The position numbers were made by a program, and so were the translations under genes. A stretch of 64,000 nucleotides of DNA, taken from positions 16,554,001 to 16,618,000 of the forward strand of contig CP158635.1 of the NCBI GenBank assembly GCA_050273025.1, in the 5' to 3' direction. The stretch comes from Cenococcum geophilum (taxonomy: Eukaryota). Of this stretch, positions 50,292 through 62,309 are shown piece by piece; within the stretch, counting starts at the first letter, position 1, and every line of letters starts with the position of its first letter. Under the pieces are notes generated by a model. It ran no database searches and was not told the origin of the DNA. It saw only the letters and a program-made list of their open reading frames with translations.

Positions 50292-52650
50292 ATGAAGATA
50301 GCAATAAATCTTATTGTGGGTCTTCTGCTTCTTCTTGTCCCTTACTTCTTCTTAGGTTATAATAACGTTAAAGTAACGTTATTTACGGCCATAATAATTG
50401 CACGGGCTCCTAGGTGGTAAAATACTACTATGAAAAAAACATCTTTAACACTACCTGGCGACTTTGCTGCTCATTCTTTGCTATAGATTGTAACCCAAGA
50501 AACACAGACCAATAAGTTGACTTCCGAAGATGGTATTTATACTGTTGCTAGCTTATTAGACAGTTCTATAGATTTTCAAAGCTCTTCTATCCTCCCTAAG
50601 AGCACTAGCCTCGTAGGGCTTTAAACCGTCACAACCTCTTCTAATATTGGACCCTATTATTCTTATATAAGCACTAGAATAGACTTGAGTTTAGTATCTA
50701 CTACCTTACCATTAATAGTAACAATAATTACAAATATATATAGACTTCTACTTTTAAAGAGCTATTTAGTCCTCTCTATAACCACTAGTCTTATAGGACC
50801 TTAAAGCAGTACTATAATTTATATCGAGGTCGAATCTTAGCTTTCCCTTACTAGTAGTAGGATAGGTATAACTCTAACACCTACTAACCTTAAATGGATA
50901 GTGATGAGTATAGCAAATCTAAACGGATTATTACGTTTAGAAAGCTTTTTAATTCTCTTAGAGGGCACTAGCTTTATTGTCTCTTAAAGCCTCAGTATAA
51001 CTTATATAAAAGCCTTATCCTAGCTCTCTCTTATACGGACTAGGAATGACTTAACTTTAATATCCATTAATTCCGTAGGGGTAATTATAACTACTGCAGA
51101 AATTTTAAATAGTGTTTAAACTTTAAACAGTCTTCCGATTCCCTTAAAGAGTAATAGCCCTATAAAACCTTAAAGCGCTACTGTAGCTTATACTAAAGCC
51201 AATCCCTAGACCTCTCTTATAAGCACTATGACGGATCTAACTTTAAAATCCGTTAACTCCCTAGGGACGGTTATAACTATTACACAACCCTCTAACGGAC
51301 TATTGCGCTCTATAGCACTGCCGTTTATATCGGATTTAAGCTAGATATCTAAGTTAATATACACTTCTCCAGATTCCCTTAATGGGGCTTCCTAGTCTGT
51401 AAGCTTAATTCCAAGTTTAAACAGATATTTAAGTATTTCAACCACCCTTTCTAAATCCACATAGCTGCTCTCTTCCCTATTAACACAGCCTGTAAACGGG
51501 GAGAGCCTTATAATAGCTAGCAATACTTTTACGTTTAGCTATACCGTACCTACCCTAAATTCTATAAACCATGTATTTATTTTAGCCCCTACTAATACCA
51601 TAGCCATCTTAGTTCTAACTCGCAACATACTTATCTTAGTTCCTATTAGTACTAAAACCGTCTTAGTTCTTACTAGCACTATATTTATTTTAGTTTCTAC
51701 TAGCACTATATCTACCTTAGTTCCTACTAGCACTATATCCATTTTAATTCCTACTAGGGTTACATCTTCCTTAGTTTCTAATAGCATCGTATCTATCTTA
51801 ATTCTTACCAGCACTATATCCATTTTAGTTCTAACCAATACTATATCCATCTTAAATCCTATAAGCTCTGCTATTGGACTTTTATATATATCTCTAGATC
51901 CTACGGCCTCTATTTCTGCCTCTATCTCTTCTTTTTATGTTATAAAAGTTATAGCTACTATACATGCGCTTATACGGATAATTCTAACTTCCCTAATAAC
52001 GCTATGGTCACTTGGACAATTTTTAAGCGCTTCAGACATCGCTCCTAGTTCCTTAATTTCCTTAAGTTCCGCAATTCCAGCTAAAGAAATAGCTGCGGTT
52101 TTACTACTAGGTTTAACTAGACAGGACTAGATGGACTGGAGCAGCACGACAAATTTTATACTGGCTACCTTAATAATAGATTTAGGGTTCTTAAGTGCTT
52201 AGCTTCTTAGTATCTTTCCTATATTAACTTCGGAAATTATTCTATTAAGTATAGCTATAGGTGGGAGCTACTCCGGAGCTTAGACAAGCTCGTAGATCTT
52301 AGATAAACCTAGTGCGCTAGTTACTTTTTTCCGTACTATTGTTTCCTCTAATAATAAGTATTACACTACTTCTACTACTACGCAGACACAAGTGCCAAAT
52401 GACGGCACTCTATTTAGTAATTCTTTATAGAGTTATGTAGTAAAGGCTAAGAGTATTAGGGTTAGTCTTAGTACAATCGCTAGGATACTAGCCTTCGCAG
52501 CCGCGATTGTGTTACTGCTAAGGCAATATAGGCGGCGCTAACAGGGCACAATAAATATAAGAAGGCCGGTTATTTCTCGCCCTTTTCCAATCTAGGGATA
52601 CGTTTTAGCTCTATTATTTAACACTATATAATATATACGGGAGTTTAGAT
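50292..52650 (+). pseudogene. Large Ser/Thr-rich (mucin-like) type I membrane protein pseudogene
   Basis: N-terminal hydrophobic segment MKIAINLIVGLLLLLV; long S/T-rich body; 10-aa repeats; TM STIARILAFAAAIVLLL followed by RQYRRR and VISRPFP. Confidence 0.65.
51570..51865 (+). repeat. 30-bp coding tandem repeat (~10 units)
   Basis: ttagttcctactagcactatatccatt-type units, also visible as the repetitive antisense ORF 51539-51850. Confidence 0.85.
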
Positions 52651-53904
52651 ATATTATTTGTCGTTCTCTAATATATAAGCTAGCGTAAAGTACCGAAGTA
52701 AGTTAATAGTACTTCCGTTTTGGTAAATAAGATTATAGCGGCTTGTTTATAACGTATTAATAGGCGCATCCCTTATAGTGAGTTAGGTTATAGTAATAGA
52801 TTAGTATTACTAGAGGCCCAATTAACTTATCTATTAAATTTTAGGTGGCAACTGCTTCTTAAGGTGCTATGTTTACGTTTATATTAGAGGCAGGTACTAT
52901 TTTCTACTGCTATATTCTAAGACTAACTTTTATAATATACAAATTACTACTCTCCCTAGTATTCTTTTTTCCGACCGCTTTTGGGCTTTGGAACTGTATA
53001 TTAAATAGAATGCCTACTGTGCTTATTACTGCAAATTAAGGGGGAGGGAATCCTGTATAGAATTTTGGCCTACCGCTTTACTGGGATTGTAAGGTACCTT
53101 TTAACAATACCTAACCTTATTTTACAGCGGGAGGTAGAACTAGCATCTCTTATTTATATTTTTAAAATAATTTAGAAGCTAATAGTTATAGATTCTACGT
53201 CATATGGTTTAGTAGTTCCTTAACTAGCCTTTTCTCTATAAGTTATGGGGATAGCTATTAGATATAGAACTACTACGCCTCTTATAGTCACTCCGTAAAT
53301 CTTAGAATTATTTCCTCTTTCTTTAATTGACTGCTATGTATATGGCCATCTTTCTGATGGGACTGGCGCAATCGGTTAATTTAACGCCTTAACTCCGCCG
53401 GAAAATCCGTATATTATTCTTATTGACTTAATAAGCTGTAGTTCTACTATTAGTATATCCTCTTAATCATATAAAACAACCTCCCTTAAATAGTTTTATT
53501 ATAAAATTCTCTCGTAAAACGTGATTGCATATTACTTATAATTTATATAGTCTTAATCTACAGCTACGGCAGAATTGTATATATGAATATATCGACCTAA
53601 ATTAGGTTATCTTATCACCGACTTAGCTACCTCTATTAACTTAGTCATTAACTTAGTCATTGACTCAGTTACCTACCCCTTATTTCCATTACCACCCCCC
53701 TCCCCCCTTCTCGTTCTCATTTCCTACACCTTTCTTATATATATATAGAGGCTCTTAGAGTCATATTTAATAGATAGAGTCCTCATTCTTTTCTTATAAT
53801 TAGTGCACGGACATCTAATCAACAGAATGTTAAAATATCCGGGGACACCAAATTTAGTAATCAGAGGCTCTGCGATGCCCTTAGCTTTTTTAGGGTAGTA
53901 GTTA

Positions 53905-54008
53905 ATATAGGGGGTAAGGATGGTGTAGGGGGTAAGGATGATATAGGGGATGGGGGTAGTATAGGGGGTAAGAATGATATAGGGGATAGGGGTGGTACAA
54001 GGGATAAA
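53905..54008 (+). repeat. 18-bp G-rich tandem repeat (~5-6 units), probably inside a degraded gene
   Basis: ggggtaaggatggtgtag ggggtaaggatgatatag gggatgggggtagtatag ggggtaagaatgatatag. Confidence 0.8.
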
Positions 54009-54329
54009 AGAAGTTTAGTTGTTATCTTAGTTACCTTTATTACCCTATTTAACTACCCTCTCCGCAATTATAGATACTTAGATGGCTGAGAATTTGTAGT
54101 TTATAGCCATGCCGATATGTATTATCTTAGCTGCTAATATCGCCTTAATTGGAGTTTTTTTACGCTCGTAATTTCTTCCCTAGTAGCCACCTCGTCCCCT
54201 TAGTTAGCTTGTTTAAGCTTAATCTATACTCTTTATAGCTGCAATAACCCTTATCCCAAAGTACCTGCTCTAAGTGCAGATACTATATACTCCTAGAGGT
54301 AGTCTTTACAAGGCGTTTTAGCTAGGTTT

Positions 54330-54790
54330 AAAAACAAAAGGCATATCTATTATTGAGAGTAACTTCCTTAAAATTCAAAGTTCCCCTATCTTCTCCCCAG
54401 ATCGACTACGAAAGGCCGTAAACGACCTATTGTCTGAATAGCACAACGGCCCCCCCCTATTAATCTAGATTACAGAGGATAAGGAATAGGAAGTTGAAGA
54501 AATCCTAGTAGTTAAAAAGGACCGTAATATCTTAAAATACCGTGCAAGCTAGGTAGGCCATGATGAAGACCTAGAATAGTATCCTGTATCTGATTTTAAG
54601 TATTCCCCCTATAAGCTATGGGATTTCCACCTAGCCTAACTAGACCTCCCCAGACCACCACGCAAACTAGAAAACTGGATTAAATGCTAGGAAGAAGGGT
54701 TGGATAATTACGATAATTTAGACGATAATAAGGAGCTCGGACAACACCTAAGGGCAGGCTTTTTTAAGAGGGGGGGGTGATATAACTATA
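54330..54790 (+). mobile_element. Ty3/gypsy (chromovirus) 3' remnant: integrase tail, chromodomain, PPT and LTR start
   Basis: PIFSPDRLRKAVNDLL..., KE(W)EVEEILVVKKDRNILKYRAS(W)VGHDEDLE(W)YPVSDFKYSPYKLWDFH; PPT aagaggggggggtga ending at 54780, then tataac (TG>TA). Confidence 0.85.
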
Positions 54791-54799
54791 CTAGGGCGC

Positions 54800-54861
54800 A
54801 AGGCAGATAAGGCAGATGAGGTAGGTAAGGTAGGTGAGGTAGGTAAGGTAGATAAGGTAGT
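54800..54861 (-). repeat. 9-bp tandem array, copy 6 of 6 (reverse orientation)
   Basis: Reverse complement reads ctaccttat ctaccttac ctacctcac ctaccttac ctacctcat ctgccttat ctgccttgc. Confidence 0.8.
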
Positions 54862-54964
54862 TAAATATATATAGTAATAGTGTTATTAGTTTCTAGTGCC
54901 TTAGATATATTTAGATAAACGTTAAAGATTTAATTATATTACCTGCGTAGGATTTTCAATCCTA

Positions 54965-56682
54965 ATGCCACATTCCTTTTTTATATGTTTAATTCTGATA
55001 TAATTTGCAGGATTAAGAAAATAATACTGTTTAACGACTTCTTTAATCTCGTTTGAGATCGAGCGAACACAATAGAAGTCTTAATATTAATATTTCGCCA
55101 TTGGCTATTAAGTCTTTCTCTTCCTTTAATCCTCCGCTTAATCTCATGACGTTGTTATACTCTACCCGTAAACATCGATATGTTACACTTAGACGGCTTC
55201 TATAAACTCTATAAGGTTATAAGTATCTTAGACTATAAGAATCTCACGCTTGCGTTATATATAAAAGGTAAGGATAGCACGGTAAACAGACTAATACTCG
55301 CGTTAGAGGCATATAGGGAGAGAAAGAACCCTATGCGTTACTTAAGACCCTACTTTACTAATCCCAAGGGCCTTCTTAACGCAATAGCCGAGAGCAACGT
55401 ATATATATTAGGTTCTCGCGCTACAGACTACTTTATGCCTGGCTCTACTAAGCCACACTCTAATTTCGACTTCTATGTCTAAGCAGATATTAAAGGCATT
55501 TTTAGAATGCTTAGTGAGATGAAGTTAAGCCATAGTGTACAGTGGACCTCTCCAATGTGGTCGCTAGTCCGAAAATTAAGCTTCCAAAAATTTAAGATAG
55601 ATATAAGAGTGTTGCAACATATATCTAAGTCTAAAGAATTTAATGCCCTAATAGAAAAGTATCCTTAAGAAAAGGTTCATTCTATAGAATATAGCGAGGG
55701 CCTAAATATATTCGCTGGGTATACCTTTAATAGAACCGCGTTCTTATTTAACCAAGATATATTTAGTTAGAACAACTATTGGGATAGAGACGTAGATGAA
55801 ATAGACTTACCTAATTCTGTTCATAAGACTACGGAAGATAAGGAGCATGACGCTTACATTTAGTTGCGGCAGTTCTTCGCCAATCTTTACTATTATCGAT
55901 ATAACTATAACCTACAAGGATTACACAAGACGATCTGGGTCTTACATAATAGGAAGGGATTATGGCATCTAGGGACGTCACTAACCTTTTCCTTTTAGCA
56001 CGAACATGACTATAATAGGCTAGACAAATACGACCGAGGCAGTAAAACACTTAAGGTAATTAAAGGAAAGAGCGTAAAGAGTGGGGTTTATATGCAATTA
56101 ATGTTTAACACAGCCGTCCCTTAGTTAACTCCTTTCTATAACATCCTCTAATTTTATTTAAGTTAAGTTTAATGTTTTATTTCTAGGCTTAGAGCGGTAT
56201 ATTTGTACCCCAAACCCTCTTAGCGGAAGGAGGCATATACTTAGTTATGTAGAGTGGAGACCCTATATATCCAGGCGGCCAGAGAGAAGTATAAGGTTTG
56301 AGGATATCAATATGTGAAGAATTAGGCGGCGCCAGAACTCCGCAGAATAGGGGATAATAAATCCCTATTTATACCATTTCCGCGGAGAGAAGGATGGTCG
56401 GCTAAAATACTAAAGCAGTTCCGGGATAATTTGCAGGTCATAACTTAGTGGCAGAAGGAGACCCGGCTCGATCCTCTGCTAGGATTATATTAGATACTCC
56501 TAGAAAACCGTCAGGGGGTAGACATTAAGGCCATATGGTAGAATACCAGAAATTCGGGATACACATGCGACAGCCAATATCTCCTTTAGCAATTCTACAC
56601 TAACTGTCTTAATAAATATAGCATCTTACCTAAGCTCGGTATTATAGACTCCCATATCTAAGCTAAGTATTATAAAGAATAA
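54965..56682 (+). pseudogene. Putative nucleotidyltransferase-fold protein pseudogene
   Basis: ORF 55180-55482 ends VYI(S)GSRATDYFMPGSTKPHS(D)FDFYV (GS...DxD). The same frame continues to MQLM..., ILNFYLS.V.CFIS.LRAVYLYP, AAREKYKV(R)GYQY. The start codon is uncertain. Confidence 0.5.
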
Positions 56683-56807
56683 TAGTCATAGGGCCTTAAG
56701 CACCCCTAAAGCTACTTATAAGACTGTAGAGCCTCTTATAATTCGATAGAGTTCTTATTCTTAATCTTCTATTTAATATTAAAGTATTAGAGCTTGGGTC
56801 TATCTAT

Positions 56808-57079
56808 TATTAGCCACAGAGGTAGCTTTTAACCGTATTACAATTGTCTTTAATGCCTAGTACCCTATATAAAGACTACCCTAGTGCTTACCCTCGTATT
56901 TTGTATATCTTAGTACGTATCTCTATTGCCTATACCTCCCTCCTTTCCTATTCTAGTATCTTCCTTATGTATATATAGACCCTCAAGAGCTACCTTAAAT
57001 AGAACAGATCACTTATACAATTCTATATCTCTACCTACCAGCTAGCTTAAGTTATTTCGTGATACCTGCCTAGCTGAAA
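56808..57079 (+). repeat. Copia 5' LTR
   Basis: Aligns without gaps to 62038-62309. Confidence 0.95.
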
Positions 57080-57239
57080 GTTATAAGCCCGGTAACCTTC
57101 TAAGCACCAGGGAGATCTTAGTGGCCAGACGACTACCACTAAGCCTCTTTGAGCATAGTTCGTCACGAAATATCGCGTGCCTTACGCGTAAGCGCGTCTC
57201 TTTACGCAACCTTAAAAGAACCTCAAAACAAGAGCTACT

Positions 57240-60200
57240 ATGGCAACTAAGGACTCTACGAACCCTCTTTTACTAACCTAGAAAGACTGGCCTATATAGT
57301 TTCAATTTATCCGTCAAGAAGCAAGTTTTGCGAAGATTTAGGACTATGTTGACCCAGATAAGACGGAGAACGAAATTAAGCAAAATACTGAGCCAGCCAT
57401 ACCTTCGATAGTAGCAGCTCCTACAGCACCTATAGCAGCACCTACAGACCCTACAGCACTAGTAGCGGACCCTATAGCTCTAGCAGCAACTCCAGCGTCT
57501 ACTGGAACAGCTATACCTAGGTCATCGAGTTAACAAGAATAACAACCTCAGCAATCTCTAGAGATATAGAGAATGCTCTTCGAGCTTTATAAGCTACAAC
57601 GATAGGACTACCTAAAGCGGAAAGAGAAGCTCCATACGTTCGCAGCACTTTTGTATACCACTATAGGCACTAACTTCTTAGGGTATCTTAAGAACCTTAC
57701 CACACCATATTTGATTGTAAGACAGTTAAGGAAGGTAGCAAAGCCATCTCAAGCTACGCTACAGTAGATGGTATTAGACGATCTCAAAAAAAGGAAACAA
57801 GGGCCTAAACATCAGACTCTGGAATCATAGCTTTAGCTTTATATCACCATTATATAGAACGGCGAAGAGCTAGAGGAAGGGCTGATAGAGGTAATGGAAA
57901 GCAGTGTTATACAAGCCTTTGTCCAGGACTGTAAGGAGATCTATCCAGCTCTGTATTATGCCTTCATCTAGAAGGTAGCGAAGAGGTCAGAGAAGCTTAA
58001 AATGTCGACGATGATTGAGAAATTTAACCTCCTCTACAAGCATCCAAATATGGGACGTAACGCCCATACTACACTATCAGGGCAGCCGTCTGCAGATCCT
58101 ACAACGTCTACCACCCTAGCACCTTCTTAATCACCTGAAACAAAGTGCTTTGCTTGTGGTTTACCCCATAAGTTAAGGAATTGCAAGCAGCTATTTCAGT
58201 CTCTCTAAGGTCCGAACTTTGTACCAAATAACAAGTGTCTACGGAGGTGTCAGGAATAGCTCAAGGTCCCGACAAACAAGCAGTATTATAACAAAAGAGT
58301 CAAGCAGATCGAGAAGGAAGGCCCTAGGTCAAGGACGTCTTTAGCCTCTGCTGAAAAGATTGAGGATCTAGACAGGCCCCGAGCTACAGCAGCTGCTATA
58401 ACAACATCCTACTCATCGTTATCATCGCAGGAATATCCGGATCTGTCTTTGATTAACGCCTGGGGGTATAACACTATAGCAGACACCCACTTCTGCAACA
58501 ACATTAGATACTTCCGTGACCTTAAGCCATACATGTCCATAGCAACGGCTGGAGATTCTGGAGCAGAAATCCATAGATACGGTGATATTAACTTGGCCAT
58601 TGAGGTGGGCGAACAACGTCTAACTCGGTATCTAACATTGAGGAACATAGCGTACGCTCCGTATTTTCATACCAATCTGATATCCGCAGCAAAGCTCCGT
58701 AGGGTTAGAGTAATTATAGACCAATCTACGAACCATCTGCGCTATAAAGATGACGGAAGCCTATTTAGCAACCTTATAGAATACGGAGGTCTCTACCTTA
58801 TTAATGCCATCGCCTACGTACTACCTACTCCTACTGCCTACGCTACGTCCACCAGATTCTTTAAGACCTTAGCATATGACAAAGTATAGCATTAGCGCTT
58901 ACTACACTGCGATATAGAGTTAGTGGATTATCTGCCGACTGCGGCAGATAGGGTCAAGGTGGTCAAGACGGACAGAGGAAGAACTCCGTATGGTGTACCA
59001 CTTTGTAAACTATATATTTTCGGAAAGATAACATAGCAGACATCTCGCAGAATATCCGCAAAGGGAACCTACCCTTTTGAACGTGTACACTTTGATGTTA
59101 TTATAGAAGAAGACGGGTTTAATGGAGATACATATATAGCTCATTTTTGGTGTGACTACACGAAGTACCATCGTGCCTTTCCTATTAAGAACTATAAGCA
59201 AGAGACGCTGTTTCCACTCTTCGAATCGATAATAGCATTTGCGAAGAAATTTGATGCTCAAGGTATCCGCATTTAGCATATAGATAAGGAGCAAGGTGTA
59301 GGCGCCAGGGTAAAGAACCTTATCCAGCTTGACGGAGGTGTTATTGAGCAATCGACACTAGATACTCCTGCTTAAAATGGACCTATAGAGAGGTCAGGGA
59401 GAGCCATTTCCGAACGAGTAAGGACTGCTGTCATTGAAGTAAAGTTACCCGTGGATCTGTGGCCCGAGTTCGTGCTCCTTATAGTGTTCCTACTTAATCG
59501 AACTCCCATTAAGTCCATCGACTGGAAGACCCTATTTGAGATGCTGTATAAACGGAAGCTATGGCTAGCAGGGCTTTGTATAGCCGGATTTTTAACCTAC
59601 GTGCTTATTAAATACGGCATTCCTAGGAAGGTAAAGTTTGAGCTATGAGCCTAAATAGGCTATCTCGTTAGTATGGAAGCGTCAAATATCTATAGGATAT
59701 AGATACCAACCACCAACCGCATTATCCGATCTCGTGATGTACGAATTGATAAGTTAAAGAGATATTAATCTCCCGAAACACCAAAATACCTTATTATCTC
59801 GCAGGCTTAAAAGGACCGTTTTTAGCAAGTCTAGGACCTACTAGATAATCTTTAAGATGGCAGTAAAGACTAGATAGAGAACTTTGACAAAGAACTAGAT
59901 ATAAGACTGCCGCATTTAGCAAGTATTGACGTTACTCCTATATTAAAAAGCATTTAGATCTTAATAGAAGAACTCCGTTAGCTACCTACCCCGGAGCTAA
60001 CTCTAGAACCGTCTATACTATTAGCGTCTTCGGCGCCTTAGCAATTACCATCTACGGTGGCATCTACGCCACAGATATTATCTACTACTTAGTTATCTTC
60101 TGAAGTCACCGAACCACCGTTCGTAGACCCTACACCTCGTTCCGAACCTCAGACGACAGCAGGCTTATTGTTAGGGGGTAAGAGACGTTCTGGCCGTAAA

Positions 60201-61940
60201 AAGCGGCCTATGGCAAAGAAGAAAGATATGCTAAATCAGGATCTACGATGACAAGCCTTTACGGTTCAAAACAGTGACGGTGATAATATCATTAATCCAG
60301 ATACGACACTATTGGCTTACGCGTTCTATACTGCTGCTACGAAGACGTACGGATATTGAGACGACTTTCCACCACTACCAAAGTCATGGAAAGAGATGCT
60401 TAATTATAGGTACGCTACGGAGTTTAAAGTAGCTGCTCACACTGAGATAAAGGCCTTAATGGGAAAACACACCTAGGACAAGGTACGACTAGTTAAGAAG
60501 GTTTATTGACTTTCTACTATGTGGGTCTTTACGTACAAGGAAGATTTGGACGGCTTTATTATAAGATTTAAAGCTTGTCTGGTCGTCCGTGGAGACCTTT
60601 AAGCAGTCTTATAAGAGGAGGTCAAAGCTATTACGGCAGCCTATTGGACCTTCCGTCTGCTCTGCGCTCTTATCGCCAGCTTCGACCTGGACGTTATACA
60701 GATTGACGCCGTTAACGCCTTCGTCAATGCTTTAATTGACGATAAGGTCTACCTTATTCCCCCTGAGGGTGTAGACCTACCACCTAGATTCTCTCTCTGT
60801 CTAAGAAAGGCAATGTACGGACTACGGAAATCTCCAAAATTGTAGTTTTTGGAAATGTCTGCTGCTCTGTAAAGTATGGGTTTAAAAGCGGTACCGGATA
60901 AGCTATGTCTTTATATACACCCTACTAAACCTATCTTTATATTCTTTTACGTCGACGATATCCTAATTGTAGGACACCTGAGCTGTCGATAGCAGATAGA
61001 GGACATCCTAAAGCAGCTACAAAATTGATTCGAGATCCGCAAAATACCTCAATTCACGTCATTCCTAAATACTCGTGTCGTGCGAGATCGACAAAAGGGA
61101 AAGCTCTAGCTCTGTCTAGATCAGTATCTCGAGAAGCTAGTCTCGGTATACCATCTAGAATATCTAAAGCCATTAGCTACACTATTATCGGGCCAGGAAT
61201 TGACACCATACGAAGGAGAAGCTACGCCGAATTAGATAAAAGGATATTAACGCCATATAGGTTCTGCAACGTATCCTGCATCTACTACACGACTAGACGT
61301 CGCTTTTTCTGTTAGTAAGCTGGCTGAGTTCTTACAAAATCCGTTACTAGCTTATCTTGCGGAGATTAACAGATTGCTTACCTATCTCTATGATACCAGA
61401 TACCTCGCTCTCGAGTTCTCTACTATTACGCCGTATGAGATAAACTAGGTTCTAAAAGCTGCTTTTAATGCTAGCTTTACTAACAATACTCCAACACGTC
61501 GGAGCTCATAGGGCTTCTTAATAAGCTTATTTAATAGGCCTATAGCATAGCAGGCAACTAGACAAAAGGCAGTGACTAAGTCTACTACAGAGGCAGAACT
61601 CCTAGCTCTCTTATACGTCGGTGGGGAGGTCGAGTATATGGTGCGGATATTTAAGGCCATTAGATTCGACCCAGAACAGGACGTTATTATCAATTGTGAC
61701 AATTAGCAGTTAGTACGGATCGTGATAAAAGAGACTCCTACGGTATCTACAAAGCTCCGATACGTAGATATCCATCAATTCTGGCTTCGCCAAGAGGTCT
61801 AAAATGGAAGCTTCGTCGTACAGTGGGTACTGACGAGCGAAATAGCTGCAGATGGACTAACTAAAGCTCTCTTAAAGCAAAATCATCAAAAATTCGTCGA
61901 TGTAGTAGGGCTCCGCGATATTAGACATCTGGTAAATTAA
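57240..61940 (+). pseudogene. Copia gag-pol polyprotein (single 1566-codon frame, many RIP stops)
   Basis: MATKDSTNPL..KDWPI(W)FQFIRQEA..(W)DYVDPDK; Zn knuckle CFACGLPHKLRNC; protease WGYNTIADTHFC; integrase PFERVHFDVI and NGPIERSG; RT FFYVDDILIVG; RNase H KAVTKSTTEAELLAL, KLRYVDIHQFWLRQ. ORFs 58449 and 59451 are in this frame. Confidence 0.95.
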
Positions 61941-62037
61941 CACTTAGATAGTAGTAAAGCTTACCACTAGGTTATCTATCCCGACTGCCTAATCCGGTAA
62001 TCCAGCTCTACCGCTCTACGTTAGATCTAAGGGGGTA

Positions 62038-62309
62038 TATTGGCCACGGAGGTAGCTTTCAACCGTATTACAATTGTCTTTAATGCCTAGTACCCTATAT
62101 AAAGACTACCCTAGTGCTTACCCTCGTATTTCGTATATCTTAGTACGTATCTCTATTACCTATACCTCCCTCCTTTCCTATTCTAGCATCTTCCTCGTGT
62201 ATATATAGACCCTTAAGAGCCACCTTAAATAGAACAGATCACTTGTACAATTCTATATCTCTACCTACCAGCCAGCTTAAGTTATTTCGTAATACCTACC
62301 TGGCTAAAA
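62038..62309 (+). repeat. Copia 3' LTR
   Basis: Aligns without gaps to 56808-57079. Confidence 0.95.

Larger units (their letters stand above)
56808..62309 (+). mobile_element. Full-length Ty1/copia LTR retrotransposon, RIP-mutated
   Basis: 272-bp LTRs 56808-57079 and 62038-62309; TSD TCTAT at 56803-07 and 62310-14; gttataagccc after the 5' LTR; purine tract aaggggg before the 3' LTR; gag-PR-IN-RT-RH order. Confidence 0.97.
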
